Source: a phage. Taken from it: a DNA stretch of 50,078 nucleotides. The notes beneath the pieces were generated by a model. That model made no database searches and was not told the origin of the DNA. It saw only the letters and a list, made by a program, of their open reading frames with translations. Location of the stretch: sequence record NC_107631.1; one strand, written 5' to 3'. Within the stretch, counting starts at the first letter, position 1. Each line of letters opens with the position of its first letter. Below are positions 16,531 to 27,311 of the stretch, one piece after another. A program made the position numbers and the translations under genes.

Positions 16531-17216
16531 TCATACGCTGCTGTGTTGATTGCTGTTATGATATTTCCATTATTCGTGGTGTTCATTATCTGACCCGCAG
16601 CTGTGGTTGCTGCTGCATTTATCCTAGTTGCGCTCCCGTTGTACCTGCATGAGCTGCCTGCTGTTGAGTTTCCTATTATGGGTTGCCCAGTTGGCAACCT
16701 GCCAATAACAACTTGATAGTTGCCAAGTATAGTTGGGACAACTGCGTAGCTTCCGCTGAGTGTTGTGTCTATGTTTAATCCACCGCCAGCGTATCCAGGA
16801 GTGCCGACTGTAACCAAATCACTAAGGACTTTTGTCTCATTTGTCAGCACTAGTTTTCCTGACGAATCCCATATTGCCATACCCCAGCTCGGTAGTGGCT
16901 GCTCAAATATGGCAAATATGTAGTATGTTAGCGTGTATGATTGGTTTGCTGGATTTGTCCCCCTTATATAAACAGTTCCAACATTGGGTCCGCTTCTGAA
17001 AGTAAAGGCTGAAAGCGCGGTCCCCTGCTGCGTGTTTGTTGTTTTGCAAAAAGCTATAACCGGAACGCCTGTAGGTATCCGAACATATCTCTCCGCAACC
17101 TGTGAACCACTAACATTTACTGATTGAATTTCCCCTCTCGCATATAAGGCGAACGGCGTGGATAACGGGGTTATGAATGGGTTTCCGTTTACATCTATAA
17201 AAGCACCGTATGACAT
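16527..17216 (-). CDS. putative distal tail / receptor-recognition accessory protein
   Basis: Gly/Thr/Asn-rich beta-type composition; downstream of the tail-tip J-like gene; N-terminus paralogous to 17216..17548. Confidence 0.4.
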   Translation of the reverse strand: MSYGAFIDVNGNPFITPLSTPFALYARGEIQSVNVSGSQVAERYVRIPTGVPVIAFCKTTNTQQGTALSAFTFRSGPNVGTVYIRGTNPANQSYTLTYYIFAIFEQPLPSWGMAIWDSSGKLVLTNETKVLSDLVTVGTPGYAGGGLNIDTTLSGSYAVVPTILGNYQVVIGRLPTGQPIIGNSTAGSSCRYNGSATRINAAATTAAGQIMNTTNNGNIITAINTAAYD

Positions 17217-17548
17217 TAATCATTCTCCAGATATGCTATTAAGTAACAGTTTGATGATGGGTACACGTTTGGCCCGGGTGAGTTTGTTGGCGTTACTGTT
17301 ATCGTATTACCGCTAGCAATAATTTTCCTGCCAGGCCCACTAATGGCGCCATCGTCAAGGCTTATAACGTAGTTCACATGCATACCAGGAGGAACTTGAT
17401 AGCTGAACGATGCTGAATTCTGTCCTGCTGACAAAAAGTTCCAACCAACAACCGTAACAGGCTTAATTCCATAGTTATTATAAACGCCATTTGCGTCCCA
17501 AGTTGATATACCGTACGCCATAATAAATCCTCCAAAAGAAAAGGGCAT
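17216..17548 (-). CDS. putative tail accessory protein
   Basis: Small Gly-rich protein downstream of the J-like gene; N-terminal similarity to 16527..17216. Confidence 0.4.
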   Translation of the reverse strand: MPFSFGGFIMAYGISTWDANGVYNNYGIKPVTVVGWNFLSAGQNSASFSYQVPPGMHVNYVISLDDGAISGPGRKIIASGNTITVTPTNSPGPNVYPSSNCYLIAYLEND

Positions 17549-17566
17549 CGAGAGATGCCCTTGATA

Positions 17567-20500
17567 TTACCATGAACCAGTCAACCTGCCAATCTGAACC
17601 CTCAGACGACCACTCGCATCCCTAACAGATATTGTGGTATTAGTTTGCTTCATTGCACCCTCACCGTCACTTCCGTAGTTTTCGAATGTTCCACCCTTGT
17701 CAAGCCTCCAGCCGGACTGGTTAAAGACATAGTTATTCGACTGAATGAAGTTTCCAATCATCGCATTCGTGATGAATCCGTTCTTAATGATTGCGCTATT
17801 AAGAATCACCTGATTACCTTCAACAACGAAAGGATACTGAGTCTGACCGTTCATCCCTGTCATGATTGCAAATCGTGACGCCTCGAATAGAATTTGCGCC
17901 TTAACCGCAGCACCTGAACCAATAAGAGACATAGCCATACCAGCACTGTATTCCTGGCCGTTATACTTCAGACCCAGCTTGACGCCGTACATTGCACCAG
18001 TCGAATCCGCATTACTCCACGAATCAAGTTTTTGAGAAAGTGCCGCCTCATTATCACCAAGCCTCGCGCTTAATGACAAGTCAGCTTGCGTTCTCGCCTC
18101 AGTCTCGTTTGCTATAGCCTCTCTGATATCAGTCAAACTTGCCTGGATATCATCACCAATCTCTGCCCTGAGTTGGTCGATTTCACGCGATAGCGCTCCA
18201 GTCTCAGTTGCGATAACTTCACGCAATTCGCTGTTGCTAGCGCTAATCTGATCTCCAAAACTTGCCTTCAATTGCTCGATCGCCGTCACTCGTGCCTGAG
18301 TCTCATCAACAATAAGTTTCAGTGATTTCGTGTACTCGGCTTTTCGTTTTCCGTTCTCCCTCTTCATATAGATCGCGTCTTTGTCATTGGCGAGCGCGTT
18401 TTCTATTGCCGCCTCTGCGTTAGCTGCGTTCTGCGCAGCGTTGTCGGTTGCGTTATCAACAAGCCACTTGTAACCCGGCGAGTTTTCGATATCAACAGAA
18501 ATCTCTCCGATGATATCGTCAACGTTTGTTGATGCCATGCCCCTGACAAAATCAGTCCACTGAGAAACGTTACCGATCCTGTCAACCGTCCTTACCCGAT
18601 ACCACACAATATTCCCTCCAGGCATCGGTGAGTGATAATACTCATGCTGCGGATACGGAATCAAAGAAAGCAAACTTGCGTTATCCACTGTTCCATCCGG
18701 AGACTGTTGCAACTCCGTATAGGCCGTATCTCCAGAACCATCAGAGAACCCCCATTTTGTACGGATACCAAAAACAACATCATCTGTAGCTGTAAGGTTA
18801 ATCGGCCTCCCTGGCTCTCCTTGCTTGCCTGTCAACGTCGCTGCGACGATATTTGACCATCCGGAAGTTGTACCGGAACCAGCGACGGAGCGAACGCGAA
18901 CCTGATAGTTGCCAGCGTAAATACCCTCAACGTAAACCTCTTTGTTTGCCGTCTGAGGAACGTTTTGCCAGTTGCCATTATCCTTTCTCCACTGCACATC
19001 ATAGAAAACTGCGTACGGAACTTTATCCCAGCTAACAATCATAGTTTCTACGCTCATCCCCTGGACGATTCGTGACTCAGAGGACACTTTCACGTTTTCC
19101 GGTTTAGGAATCTGATCTGGCTCAACGATGCTCGTCGGTCGGTCGTCAATGTTTACTCCGTAATCAATCTCATCGTACTTGTTAGGATCGTACTCCACCG
19201 CAGTAATTTTGTAGGTAAATTCCTCATCATCATCACCCTTGTCGATTTTGGTCACGACGTACTGCTGCAAAGCAAGGTCGGTGCGGTCGATAGCGAATAC
19301 CGTGTTAGGCTTCACAGGAAAGCCAAAGCCGATGTTAACCTCTATAGTCTTGCCATCCGCACTAACACTTGAGATTGTGCGCTTTACGGGCTTGCCATCG
19401 GGCTTATTTACGATGATGAAGTCACCTGCGCGAGCATCGACACGGAACGGCAAGAAAATCTGACTTCCAGACACTTCGAGCAAGCGCCCTGACAGGTTCA
19501 TAGTCAAGTTACTTGACCAGAAGTTATCAGCTATAGCTACAACATCTCCAATTGTCGGAATCATACCCTCAAGCCCGGTAGCAAAGTTTACCGTAGTGCT
19601 GCGAAGGTTTGTTTTCAGAATCCATCGTCCGCGACGGTTAGCTTCACTTCGACGTGTGCACCCGATCGCTGTAATGCTCGTTACGTTATTCCCGAACCGT
19701 AGAGTTGCCTCTCTGTCGAATACTGGCTCAACGTCCTGCTGATACATGTTTTGCTCATCATCAAACATAACGTTGCACGTCGTGTACATACTTTTCTCGC
19801 TTGCGAAAGTATAGGAGAAGTCACCGTTAACAACGTTGTCGTTAGTGAAGATGTACGCAGGCTCACGCGGTCTGTCGATGATTACAGAAATGCTCTCACC
19901 ATTCCAAAAACTCATGCCACGGAAGATTGAGCAAATATCTCGAATCACTTTGTAAGCATCAGTCTGTGACTGAATTATCACGTCGCAAAGGTATCGAGGC
20001 TCCGTACCGCCTTTGCCATCAGGGACCATCTGATCGCAATATTGCGCCGCCTCATATAGCGCCCATTTATCGACAGATATTCCAAGCTCTTTCTGATCAA
20101 GCCCATAACGCTGATTAATCATCAGGTCATAAAGTACCCAGGCAGGATTATTAGTCCACGCCTTCTTAAAAGTTCCATCCCAATTTCCGTTATAAGTTCG
20201 TGATTCTGGATCATAGTTTGACGGAACGTTTACAATCTTCCAGCGCTTACGAATTGAGATCGTAGGTAACTGGTTTGGGAACATCTTCGAATCGAACTCG
20301 ACGAAAAGAAGACCAGTCAGAGGGTAACGGAATTTGGCATCAATCACCTCGGCATAGCTCTTTACCTGAATCGCGTCAACAACGTTCGAGTCGTTAGAGT
20401 CTGGAGTTTTACGAACGACTCTGAATATCACCTGATTGTTGAAGTTAGGTAGGTTTACACGTCTGCTTCGATCATAACCTGACATTGTTTTGCCTTCGAT

Positions 20501-20986
20501 TACATCGGTGAGCACCGTCTCAAACGAGCCGCCATCAACAGCTTGTTGCACCTCATACTCAACTCTTACGCCGTTTTTATCACCGTTGCTTTCAATTCGT
20601 ACGCCGCGAGGCATAAACATTTTGATACGGATTGCCGAAAGTGTTTTGTTGGTTACTGAGATCGTGTATGGGTTATCTGTAGTAACCTCACGGTTTACAG
20701 TTACCTCACTAGAGCTATCTTCCATCCCCTTGATATATTCCTGAGTCTGCGTCCCCGGCCTAAACTCTGCCTTTACTCCCTCGAAGTTAAATGAGCCATC
20801 CTCGTTTTGCACCGGGACTGAGTTAAACATCAACTGCTTTAGGCTGAATGTTTCGTCAATCTCGCCATCAGACACAGCTAACAGGATCTTGATTTTGTTG
20901 ATTGAGATTAGATTATCTTCCATCTCAACTGGCTTATGCGGCTTAGGTGAACCGCCTTTCGATCCGCTTATCACTTTTTGAATCAT
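17567..20986 (-). CDS. tail tip / central fibre protein (lambda gpJ-like)
   Basis: 1139 aa; position after gpI/K/L/M-like genes; fibronectin-like and coiled repeat segments. Confidence 0.85.
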   Translation of the reverse strand: MIQKVISGSKGGSPKPHKPVEMEDNLISINKIKILLAVSDGEIDETFSLKQLMFNSVPVQNEDGSFNFEGVKAEFRPGTQTQEYIKGMEDSSSEVTVNREVTTDNPYTISVTNKTLSAIRIKMFMPRGVRIESNGDKNGVRVEYEVQQAVDGGSFETVLTDVIEGKTMSGYDRSRRVNLPNFNNQVIFRVVRKTPDSNDSNVVDAIQVKSYAEVIDAKFRYPLTGLLFVEFDSKMFPNQLPTISIRKRWKIVNVPSNYDPESRTYNGNWDGTFKKAWTNNPAWVLYDLMINQRYGLDQKELGISVDKWALYEAAQYCDQMVPDGKGGTEPRYLCDVIIQSQTDAYKVIRDICSIFRGMSFWNGESISVIIDRPREPAYIFTNDNVVNGDFSYTFASEKSMYTTCNVMFDDEQNMYQQDVEPVFDREATLRFGNNVTSITAIGCTRRSEANRRGRWILKTNLRSTTVNFATGLEGMIPTIGDVVAIADNFWSSNLTMNLSGRLLEVSGSQIFLPFRVDARAGDFIIVNKPDGKPVKRTISSVSADGKTIEVNIGFGFPVKPNTVFAIDRTDLALQQYVVTKIDKGDDDEEFTYKITAVEYDPNKYDEIDYGVNIDDRPTSIVEPDQIPKPENVKVSSESRIVQGMSVETMIVSWDKVPYAVFYDVQWRKDNGNWQNVPQTANKEVYVEGIYAGNYQVRVRSVAGSGTTSGWSNIVAATLTGKQGEPGRPINLTATDDVVFGIRTKWGFSDGSGDTAYTELQQSPDGTVDNASLLSLIPYPQHEYYHSPMPGGNIVWYRVRTVDRIGNVSQWTDFVRGMASTNVDDIIGEISVDIENSPGYKWLVDNATDNAAQNAANAEAAIENALANDKDAIYMKRENGKRKAEYTKSLKLIVDETQARVTAIEQLKASFGDQISASNSELREVIATETGALSREIDQLRAEIGDDIQASLTDIREAIANETEARTQADLSLSARLGDNEAALSQKLDSWSNADSTGAMYGVKLGLKYNGQEYSAGMAMSLIGSGAAVKAQILFEASRFAIMTGMNGQTQYPFVVEGNQVILNSAIIKNGFITNAMIGNFIQSNNYVFNQSGWRLDKGGTFENYGSDGEGAMKQTNTTISVRDASGRLRVQIGRLTGSW

Positions 20987-21033
20987 GATGTTTACCTTTT
21001 TGTGCTATTTATCGGTGAACCCATTATACAGGC

Positions 21034-21060
21034 GAAAAAAAACCCGCGCAAGGCGGGTAT
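21034..21060 (-). terminator. intrinsic terminator/attenuator between tail assembly I-like and J-like genes
   Basis: ACCCGCGCAAGGCGGGT hairpin; on the minus strand followed by T8. Confidence 0.6.
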
Positions 21061-21063
21061 ATT

Positions 21064-21663
21064 TTAACTCATATCCTCGGCATAGGAACCTGCTGAGAAA
21101 GTTGCGCCACCTCCGGCGCGATATCCATACGGGACCGGGAGAGGGTATCCCGCCGCCGTCGTATTGACAGCGCCGCCGAACGCGTACGAAGGTTTATTCT
21201 TGCTTGATTGAACTTCAAAGTTTGCGCCACCCGGCTGCGGTGAAATCATCTGCATCACGCCGCCCAGCACCATAGCGCCGCCCATCATAAACAGAGACGA
21301 GGACATTGTGCCCATTAAAGCCAGAGACGCGCCGCCAGTATAGAATGCTGCAACCATTATTGCCGCGCCCAATACAACCTGAAATAGACCTCCTGTCTTA
21401 GAGCCAGTAGGGATCGGTACGATTCTTATCTCTTTTGCGCACTTGAATTTTTCCTCTTCATGGTGTCCCACGTTAACGCCATCCACAAATATTGCAAACT
21501 TGCTACGAGATCCTACCTCGCTTTGCATGTATTCTTTAAATCCGTCCACCTGACTGGATAGCGCCCGGATGGCTTCCGGGTAAGAATCAACAGCGTAACG
21601 GTGAAAGACGCCGAAGCGTCTCCCAAGTGAACCTGATAATTTGATTAACTTTACATCATTCAT
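21064..21663 (-). CDS. tail assembly protein (lambda gpI-like)
   Basis: Position and size; C-terminal hydrophobic Gly/Ala-rich region; start moved to Met18 because track start is TTG. Confidence 0.65.
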   Translation of the reverse strand: MNDVKLIKLSGSLGRRFGVFHRYAVDSYPEAIRALSSQVDGFKEYMQSEVGSRSKFAIFVDGVNVGHHEEEKFKCAKEIRIVPIPTGSKTGGLFQVVLGAAIMVAAFYTGGASLALMGTMSSSLFMMGGAMVLGGVMQMISPQPGGANFEVQSSKNKPSYAFGGAVNTTAAGYPLPVPYGYRAGGGATFSAGSYAEDMS

Positions 21664-22394
21664 AATTTTAGATCCTTGTGCCGAACAATTAAAACGGTGT
21701 GATCCTGATACCAACCTGAATAAATATCACGGCGTGATAGCTTTCCGAAGGCGTGATGCAAGATCTGATTATCTCCCAGGTAAATCCCTGCGTGGTTCCA
21801 TACCGGAACGTTTTGCCCTATCTGCATGATTACCATATCACCGAATGACGGGTTATTCTGATCTGTAATCTCAACGAAGCCATCTTGCTTGTAATAATCC
21901 TGATAGAGATTAATTCCGTACTCAGGTTTCCACCATTCAAAATTCAATCGGCGATCGCGCAACTCTACGCCGTGCTCTTTGTGCCACGCCATAACAAGAC
22001 CATAACAGTCGAATGATCCTAATGACCACGGACGACCAATCAGAGGTAATTTCTCTGGCTTCACAAAGCGCATATCTCCTTCCGGCACGCTAACAATAAT
22101 CCAGGTAACTTCCATCTCGTTGCACATACACGTATCGTGAGCGCTCGGTAGAGTTGTAGCACCGTCTCCGGTGTGGCTGTGTACGATTGCGATCGTGGTT
22201 GATTCTGCGTCGTCCTCAATGCAGGCGTATTGCACTGCGTCCATCATGAAGTGATTTTCAGGATCGCGATGCACGTTATCAATGCGATGGTATTTTTGCA
22301 CTCGCCCCTTTTGGGTAACTACCCCGCAGCATTCGCGGGGGTATTCTTCTTGTGCATGAGTCATGATTTCAAGTTTAATTTTTGCACTAATCAT
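21660..22394 (-). CDS. minor tail protein (lambda gpK-like: JAB/MPN plus NlpC/P60)
   Basis: JAB-type metal motif HSHTGDG..S..D; Cys-His region (CYGLVMAWH); position between gpL-like and gpI-like. Confidence 0.75.
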   Translation of the reverse strand: MISAKIKLEIMTHAQEEYPRECCGVVTQKGRVQKYHRIDNVHRDPENHFMMDAVQYACIEDDAESTTIAIVHSHTGDGATTLPSAHDTCMCNEMEVTWIIVSVPEGDMRFVKPEKLPLIGRPWSLGSFDCYGLVMAWHKEHGVELRDRRLNFEWWKPEYGINLYQDYYKQDGFVEITDQNNPSFGDMVIMQIGQNVPVWNHAGIYLGDNQILHHAFGKLSRRDIYSGWYQDHTVLIVRHKDLKL

Positions 22395-22891
22395 TTTCCG
22401 TGCCTCCAGGTAAAGCCATTTTTCATGTTAAATTCTTCCCTAGCCTTTACAGCCTCATCAAGTGAGTCATAGTAGCCTATATGAGTGTTTCCAGATGATA
22501 CCCTCCACTTTCCATTCCTGTATAAATTAACACCATTAAATCCAGAAGAATTTTTTGAGTTTTTCTTCTGGTTTTTTGCGTTAATGATAGTGTCAGCAAG
22601 TCTTAGGTTTTCTATTCTATCATCTCCAGCAATTCCATTTATATGATCTATAACCTTTCCTCCTGGTATAGATCCATTAAACATGGTCCAAATAATCCTG
22701 TGTCTGTAAAATCTTTCTCCATTTATTTTTACAATGACGTAACCATCATTCCTTTTAGTTCCAGCCGATAAGCCGAGTAACCCCGGCTTTCTCTTTGGCG
22801 CTAACTTGTAAAAAATCTCTCCGTCTCTATAAGAAAATAACTCAATGTAGTTAATCATTGATTTTTCCTCTGTAGTGAAGCGACAGCGCAA
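22391..22891 (-). CDS. HNH homing endonuclease inserted in the tail operon
   Basis: IDHINGIAGDDRIENLRL motif plus AP2-like tail; AT-rich; lies between gpL-like and gpK-like genes. Confidence 0.8.
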   Translation of the reverse strand: MRCRFTTEEKSMINYIELFSYRDGEIFYKLAPKRKPGLLGLSAGTKRNDGYVIVKINGERFYRHRIIWTMFNGSIPGGKVIDHINGIAGDDRIENLRLADTIINAKNQKKNSKNSSGFNGVNLYRNGKWRVSSGNTHIGYYDSLDEAVKAREEFNMKNGFTWRHGK

Positions 22892-23637
22892 CCGCCAAAA
22901 TCCAGTTCATTGTTTGCTCCGAATCTCAGGCGGCAGGCCGTTACCGTACCTGGGCAGAAATCCAGAGAAGGATCATCTACCGGATTATTGTCTTTGTCAA
23001 AATAACCGTTTTGCCCGTTGTATCCGCAGCCTTTCCCGGTTTTATACCATCCTCTTTGTGCAAAATAGCATACGCTTTGCGTGAGTCGAGACGGGATCAT
23101 GATGCCGTCCATATCGTAAGGTGATGTGAGATCGAACCGCGCAACACTTTTATCAACATAGTTCGGACGCTCGATATAGTATACCAGCTTACGGTAAGCT
23201 CCATCAGCGATTGAGCCATCAGAGTTAATAAGCTCACGCTGAGTTATCCAGATAGTCACCTTAGCTTGCATCAATCCGTTATATGCGCGAATCATTGCCG
23301 ACACTCTGCTATCAATATTTGCCACTGTCAACTGTGGTTTAGTCGCCTTGCCGGAACTGTCGAACGAGATACCGGATATACCGAACGGTCGCGCCCCGTA
23401 TTTCTCGCCACGGAATGTAATTTCCTTCGGCGGTAGCGTTCCAGTTTGCTGGGCCTGCATGATTTCTTCTGGAGTGTACTGGATGTTCTCTCCGTGGAAT
23501 CGGTACACCTGAGCACCGAACTTACTACCATCAACTTCAATGAGGGTGATTATCTCGCCAGGATACAGTGATTGCAGGCAGTTATGAAACAGGCTCTTTC
23601 CGCTTTCTTCATCATAAAGTTTTTTGTTTTCGCTCAT
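22855..23637 (-). CDS. minor tail protein (lambda gpL-like)
   Basis: Start moved to Met20 with AGAGGA RBS; C-terminal Cys cluster (C..C..C) as in the gpL iron-sulfur domain. Confidence 0.65.
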   Translation of the reverse strand: MSENKKLYDEESGKSLFHNCLQSLYPGEIITLIEVDGSKFGAQVYRFHGENIQYTPEEIMQAQQTGTLPPKEITFRGEKYGARPFGISGISFDSSGKATKPQLTVANIDSRVSAMIRAYNGLMQAKVTIWITQRELINSDGSIADGAYRKLVYYIERPNYVDKSVARFDLTSPYDMDGIMIPSRLTQSVCYFAQRGWYKTGKGCGYNGQNGYFDKDNNPVDDPSLDFCPGTVTACRLRFGANNELDFGGCAVASLQRKNQ

Positions 23638-23678
23638 TGATTTTTCCTCTTGTTTACCTGCAACCATTCTACAGCTAC

Positions 23679-23702
23679 AAAAAAACCCGCGCAAGGCGGG
23701 CT
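23679..23702 (-). terminator. intrinsic terminator/attenuator
   Basis: ACCCGCGCAAGGCGGGC hairpin with A7 on plus strand; near-identical to the hairpin at 21034..21060. Confidence 0.6.
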
Positions 23703-23716
23703 TTTGTTATGTAGCG

Positions 23717-24070
23717 TTAATCCATAGATGTAAATTGCTCCATAAACGTGACGTTAATCTCCATCACGTCGCGTGATACTGGCTTCGCTCCCAAGCTGTT
23801 AGGCTTTACTACCCATATCCCGATCTTACCGTCCGGAGGCGTCCATGCGAACGGCTTAATGCGGTGAGAGTCACAGAAGTCGTAAACAGCCATGAAATCT
23901 TCCCCGGCATAGACAACTGAATACTCGCGTCGAGTGGTGTTAAATCCAGACGATGCAAGCTGCATGTAGCCGTTACCAAACTGGATTGAGCGGTCATTGT
24001 TGGTAGTGGTAAGGGAGCCGCCGCCCCCTTGAACCTGCGTACACCAACCAAAAGTGTCAAGTGTCGCCAT
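23717..24070 (-). CDS. minor tail protein (lambda gpM-like)
   Basis: 117 aa; immediately downstream of the tape measure gene. Confidence 0.6.
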   Translation of the reverse strand: MATLDTFGWCTQVQGGGGSLTTTNNDRSIQFGNGYMQLASSGFNTTRREYSVVYAGEDFMAVYDFCDSHRIKPFAWTPPDGKIGIWVVKPNSLGAKPVSRDVMEINVTFMEQFTSMD

Positions 24071-24072
24071 TA

Positions 24073-26946
24073 TTAACCTCCTGTTTTTTCCTGAATGTAA
24101 TTATAAACCTCGCCTCCCTGCGAGCAAGACTCACGAATCATCTTTTTGAACATCATTTCTACACCCTGAGAAATGCCTCTCGGATCTGAACCGTTGTCAA
24201 CTTTAACCTCCATACCCCTAACGTCAACGACCGTCCCGCCTGCTGATTGGTTTACTGCCTTCGGTGCTGCTTTAGATGCGTTAAATCCAGATGTTGCCAC
24301 ACTACCAGCTGCGGCAGCAAGAGAGGTAACGGCAGCGCCAGATGATAAAGACCTAAAACCGGAGGCGGCAGGCGTAGGAGTTGCCTGTGATGCCGCAGAA
24401 GCACCAGACGACGCCACTCCAGCAAAGCTCCACGTCTTACCGCCCATCATGCCTGAGATCGTATTGAAGATTACCATCTGAGCAATCATCTTTATAATCA
24501 TGCCGATGATATTTTTCGCAAAGTCCTCAAAGTTCGCTTTTCCTGTGGTCAGAAATTGAACCATCATATCTGACATTCCGTTAAGGGCACTTGACGCGAT
24601 CTCGTTAACATTGCCGTACATATCCATTGCTGCATCACCGTAATCAGCAAAAGCACTTTCAGCACCTGCCAACCAGTCAGCTCGCTTGGCATCTTCCGCA
24701 GCGTAGTAATCATTTTGCGCCTTAATCATGTTCTGAAGTTTCTCGTCTCCTTCGCTGCCGCCGGAGTTGATGTAATCAGTGGTGATTTTAGCTAGTTCAG
24801 CTTGTCGTTCCATTTCGCGAGTACTAAGACCTCGTGAAGCGTTAAGCTGTTCCGTCGCCGCCGTCATCTCATTGACAAACTTCAGTGATTTGTCGGTAAG
24901 TGCGTTCAACTGCTGTTGCTTGACAATCTGATCGCCAATCTCAGCCTTCTGTTTAGCAAGTTCTACAACCTTCTCCTGACTTGCCAACAATGCTTTTTCT
25001 TCCGCAGACAACTGACGCTTGGAACTGGCTTCACGAAGAACAGCAATCGTCGCCTCGGTCGTAAACAGCGCTTTTCTCTGTGCGGAAAGTTTTTGCCCGA
25101 TCTCCTTGTGCTCTTGCAATACCTTAAGTTGAGCCTTGAGTGAAATTAACTCCTTGTCGAATTGCTCTGTCGGTGAGCGTACAATTTTCGACTGCTTATT
25201 TCTTTCTCGGTTTCGCTTCTCGATCTCTTCTGCTTCTTTCCTTATTGCCTCCTTAGTTTCCTCACTGTACTGCTTTTCAAGAGTTCGACGCTGCTTCATT
25301 GCTTCAATGTATCCCATCTCGCCTTTCTCTACGCGAGCGTTAATAGCATCAAGCTCTGAAGCCAACTGTTCGTAGTTGTCGCGAGAACTTTTTACGATGT
25401 TCTCCTGCTCCTTCAGCACATCAGCGCCGAAATCACTCATTCCAGGTAGTGACTGAGTTGCCTTTATGGCTGAGGCGATAAAGTTTGAGATGTACTCATC
25501 ACCCTTCGCAAGAATCATTTTAACCTGAATCACTGTACCCTGAACAACGTCGATAATCAGGTTTAGCGCCCCGAGTGTATGATCACCAACCCATCCCCAC
25601 GCGTCCGAAGCCCATTGTTTAATATCGCTCCACATTTTTTCTAGGGGTGTGGCGTTATCCGCGATCGACTTCATTCGCTTTTCCATTACGTCGGAGAATA
25701 ATTTCGTTGCTTCAGATACTGCTTCGGTTTCACCCTTCGTCCGGCTTAACGTGTCGATATAGGTCAGTTGACCTTTTTCAAGGAAGTTATATTGTTCGTT
25801 TAACTTCTCCAGACCTTTGACCGGATCGCTTGCGATTTTGTCGAACTCAGCAATGATTTGGCTTGCTGATTTTCCAGTTGCTGCCGACCACTCTGCCGTC
25901 GCCTTAGTGATGTTCTGGATCTGCTTGCGGGTGTACTTACCAGAACTCGCCAACTCCGTTACAATCTCGCGAATACTCCCAATGGTTGAGTTGCTTGTCT
26001 GCGCGATCTTTTTAGACACTGAATCAAGATCTTCAGCCGTAACACCTGCATAACCGCCAGTCTCAATAAGCGCATTCTGAATATCAGTTATTGACTTGTA
26101 AGAGTCATAACCAGCTTTCGCCAGAAGACCTAACGAACCAACAAGAACGCCAACACCTGCCGTGACCGGATTAATATAACTCAGCAACACTTTAAACGTG
26201 TTACCGATCCCGCCGAACGAATCCTTAATCTGACCGCCCTGCTGGATAGCAACCATCCATACTGGCATACCGGATGCAAGAGATGTTACGACATCTGTGA
26301 TCTGCGCAGGAAGCATTCGAATTGCCTGTCTGTATTCCCCGGAGCTAATACCTGCTGCATTCATAGCCCGGCCTTGATCTTTAAGTTTTGCGATTAGTGG
26401 TGCTGCTTCTTTCGATAAACCAAGCTCAGCCGCTTTCAGTTCCATCAATTCAGCATGAGTCTTGCCGATCGCGTTAACTTGACCATTCAGGGCATCCATG
26501 AACGCCTTGCTTCGTGCTGTCGCCTGCTCTTTTGCTTTCGCTTCCTGCAATGCCGCCTGACCTTCTTCCGTAAGCATAGCCCGGCTGCGAGCAAGTTTTG
26601 CGTTTTGCAGATCCAGCATTTCACCCAAACGGAAAAAAGTCTCATCTGGAACGACTCCCTGCTGCCAGAGTTTATCAAGCTGCTGAGATGCAATCTTCAA
26701 CCTTTCCATTTTTGATACTGTAGGATCGATTGCCTTCTCCACGGCCTCATACTCTTTTCTCTGGCGCCTGAGTTGTTCAGCGTGTTCTTTGGCCTTCTGT
26801 TTTGCAACCTCTGACTCATTGATTAAAGAACCCATAGAATCAGCGGCCTGGTCGTTGGCCTTTGAAAACTCTTTCAGTGACTTGACCGCACGCTGAACTG
26901 TTGACACGTCAACGTCAAGAGATAGACCTGCTACCTTATCAACCAT
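24073..26946 (-). CDS. tail tape measure protein
   Basis: About 958 aa, long coiled-coil regions, Gly/Ala-rich hydrophobic segment near the C-terminus; start moved to ATG at Met11 with AGGGGG RBS. Confidence 0.9.
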   Translation of the reverse strand: MVDKVAGLSLDVDVSTVQRAVKSLKEFSKANDQAADSMGSLINESEVAKQKAKEHAEQLRRQRKEYEAVEKAIDPTVSKMERLKIASQQLDKLWQQGVVPDETFFRLGEMLDLQNAKLARSRAMLTEEGQAALQEAKAKEQATARSKAFMDALNGQVNAIGKTHAELMELKAAELGLSKEAAPLIAKLKDQGRAMNAAGISSGEYRQAIRMLPAQITDVVTSLASGMPVWMVAIQQGGQIKDSFGGIGNTFKVLLSYINPVTAGVGVLVGSLGLLAKAGYDSYKSITDIQNALIETGGYAGVTAEDLDSVSKKIAQTSNSTIGSIREIVTELASSGKYTRKQIQNITKATAEWSAATGKSASQIIAEFDKIASDPVKGLEKLNEQYNFLEKGQLTYIDTLSRTKGETEAVSEATKLFSDVMEKRMKSIADNATPLEKMWSDIKQWASDAWGWVGDHTLGALNLIIDVVQGTVIQVKMILAKGDEYISNFIASAIKATQSLPGMSDFGADVLKEQENIVKSSRDNYEQLASELDAINARVEKGEMGYIEAMKQRRTLEKQYSEETKEAIRKEAEEIEKRNRERNKQSKIVRSPTEQFDKELISLKAQLKVLQEHKEIGQKLSAQRKALFTTEATIAVLREASSKRQLSAEEKALLASQEKVVELAKQKAEIGDQIVKQQQLNALTDKSLKFVNEMTAATEQLNASRGLSTREMERQAELAKITTDYINSGGSEGDEKLQNMIKAQNDYYAAEDAKRADWLAGAESAFADYGDAAMDMYGNVNEIASSALNGMSDMMVQFLTTGKANFEDFAKNIIGMIIKMIAQMVIFNTISGMMGGKTWSFAGVASSGASAASQATPTPAASGFRSLSSGAAVTSLAAAAGSVATSGFNASKAAPKAVNQSAGGTVVDVRGMEVKVDNGSDPRGISQGVEMMFKKMIRESCSQGGEVYNYIQEKTGG

Positions 26947-26984
26947 ATAACCCCCTATATACGAAAAAACCGCCAAACGGCGGC

Positions 26985-27311
26985 TTAGTTGTTTTGCTTA
27001 GCAATCATTTCAAGCGCTTTCGCTTCCATGATCCTAACGTCCTGCAATGCCAGTTCTTCATCTTCTATTTTATAGATTTTGAACAACATAGGCAAAACAT
27101 TATAGTCAAGACCATAAGCTCCAGCGCCTGAACTTCTCCACTGAGTGAGCATTGACGTAAAAACATTCCACGCCTTCACCATTTCAGCATCGCCGATTAT
27201 CGTTTCCGGTTCCTCGTCTTCATAGTCAGAAAGACTGAGGCCAACCGATCTTAATTGCTCTTCTGTTGGCGGTTTCTGATATAACAGATAAACCGCCCTT
27301 TTTAGTTTTTT
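26985..27311 (-). CDS. tail assembly chaperone frameshift extension (GT-type -1 frameshift product)
   Basis: The -1 frame is open from slippery heptamer A-AAA-AAC at the 3' end of 27302..27619 through to 26985, just before the tape measure gene. Confidence 0.5.
   Translation of the reverse strand, partial: KKLKRAVYLLYQKPPTEEQLRSVGLSLSDYEDEEPETIIGDAEMVKAWNVFTSMLTQWRSSGAGAYGLDYNVLPMLFKIYKIEDEELALQDVRIMEAKALEMIAKQNN

Noticed and set aside
17645-20744. Several 60-85 aa ORFs on the plus strand inside the tail-tip J-like gene (for example 17645..17878, 18632..18856, 19239..19463, 20490..20744), and similar antisense ORFs inside the tape measure, helicase, terminase and primase-like genes.
   Set aside because: Fully embedded antisense to long, well-supported genes, with no RBS or promoter context; typical spurious frames.
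20984-21002. Exact coordinates for features derived by counting.
   Set aside because: Near 20.98 kb and 38.63 kb my by-eye base positions disagree by one nt with the frame of the supplied ORF track, probably from misreading homopolymer runs; positions I derived by counting (promoters, motifs, the four small ORFs absent from the track) should be treated as within about 2 nt.
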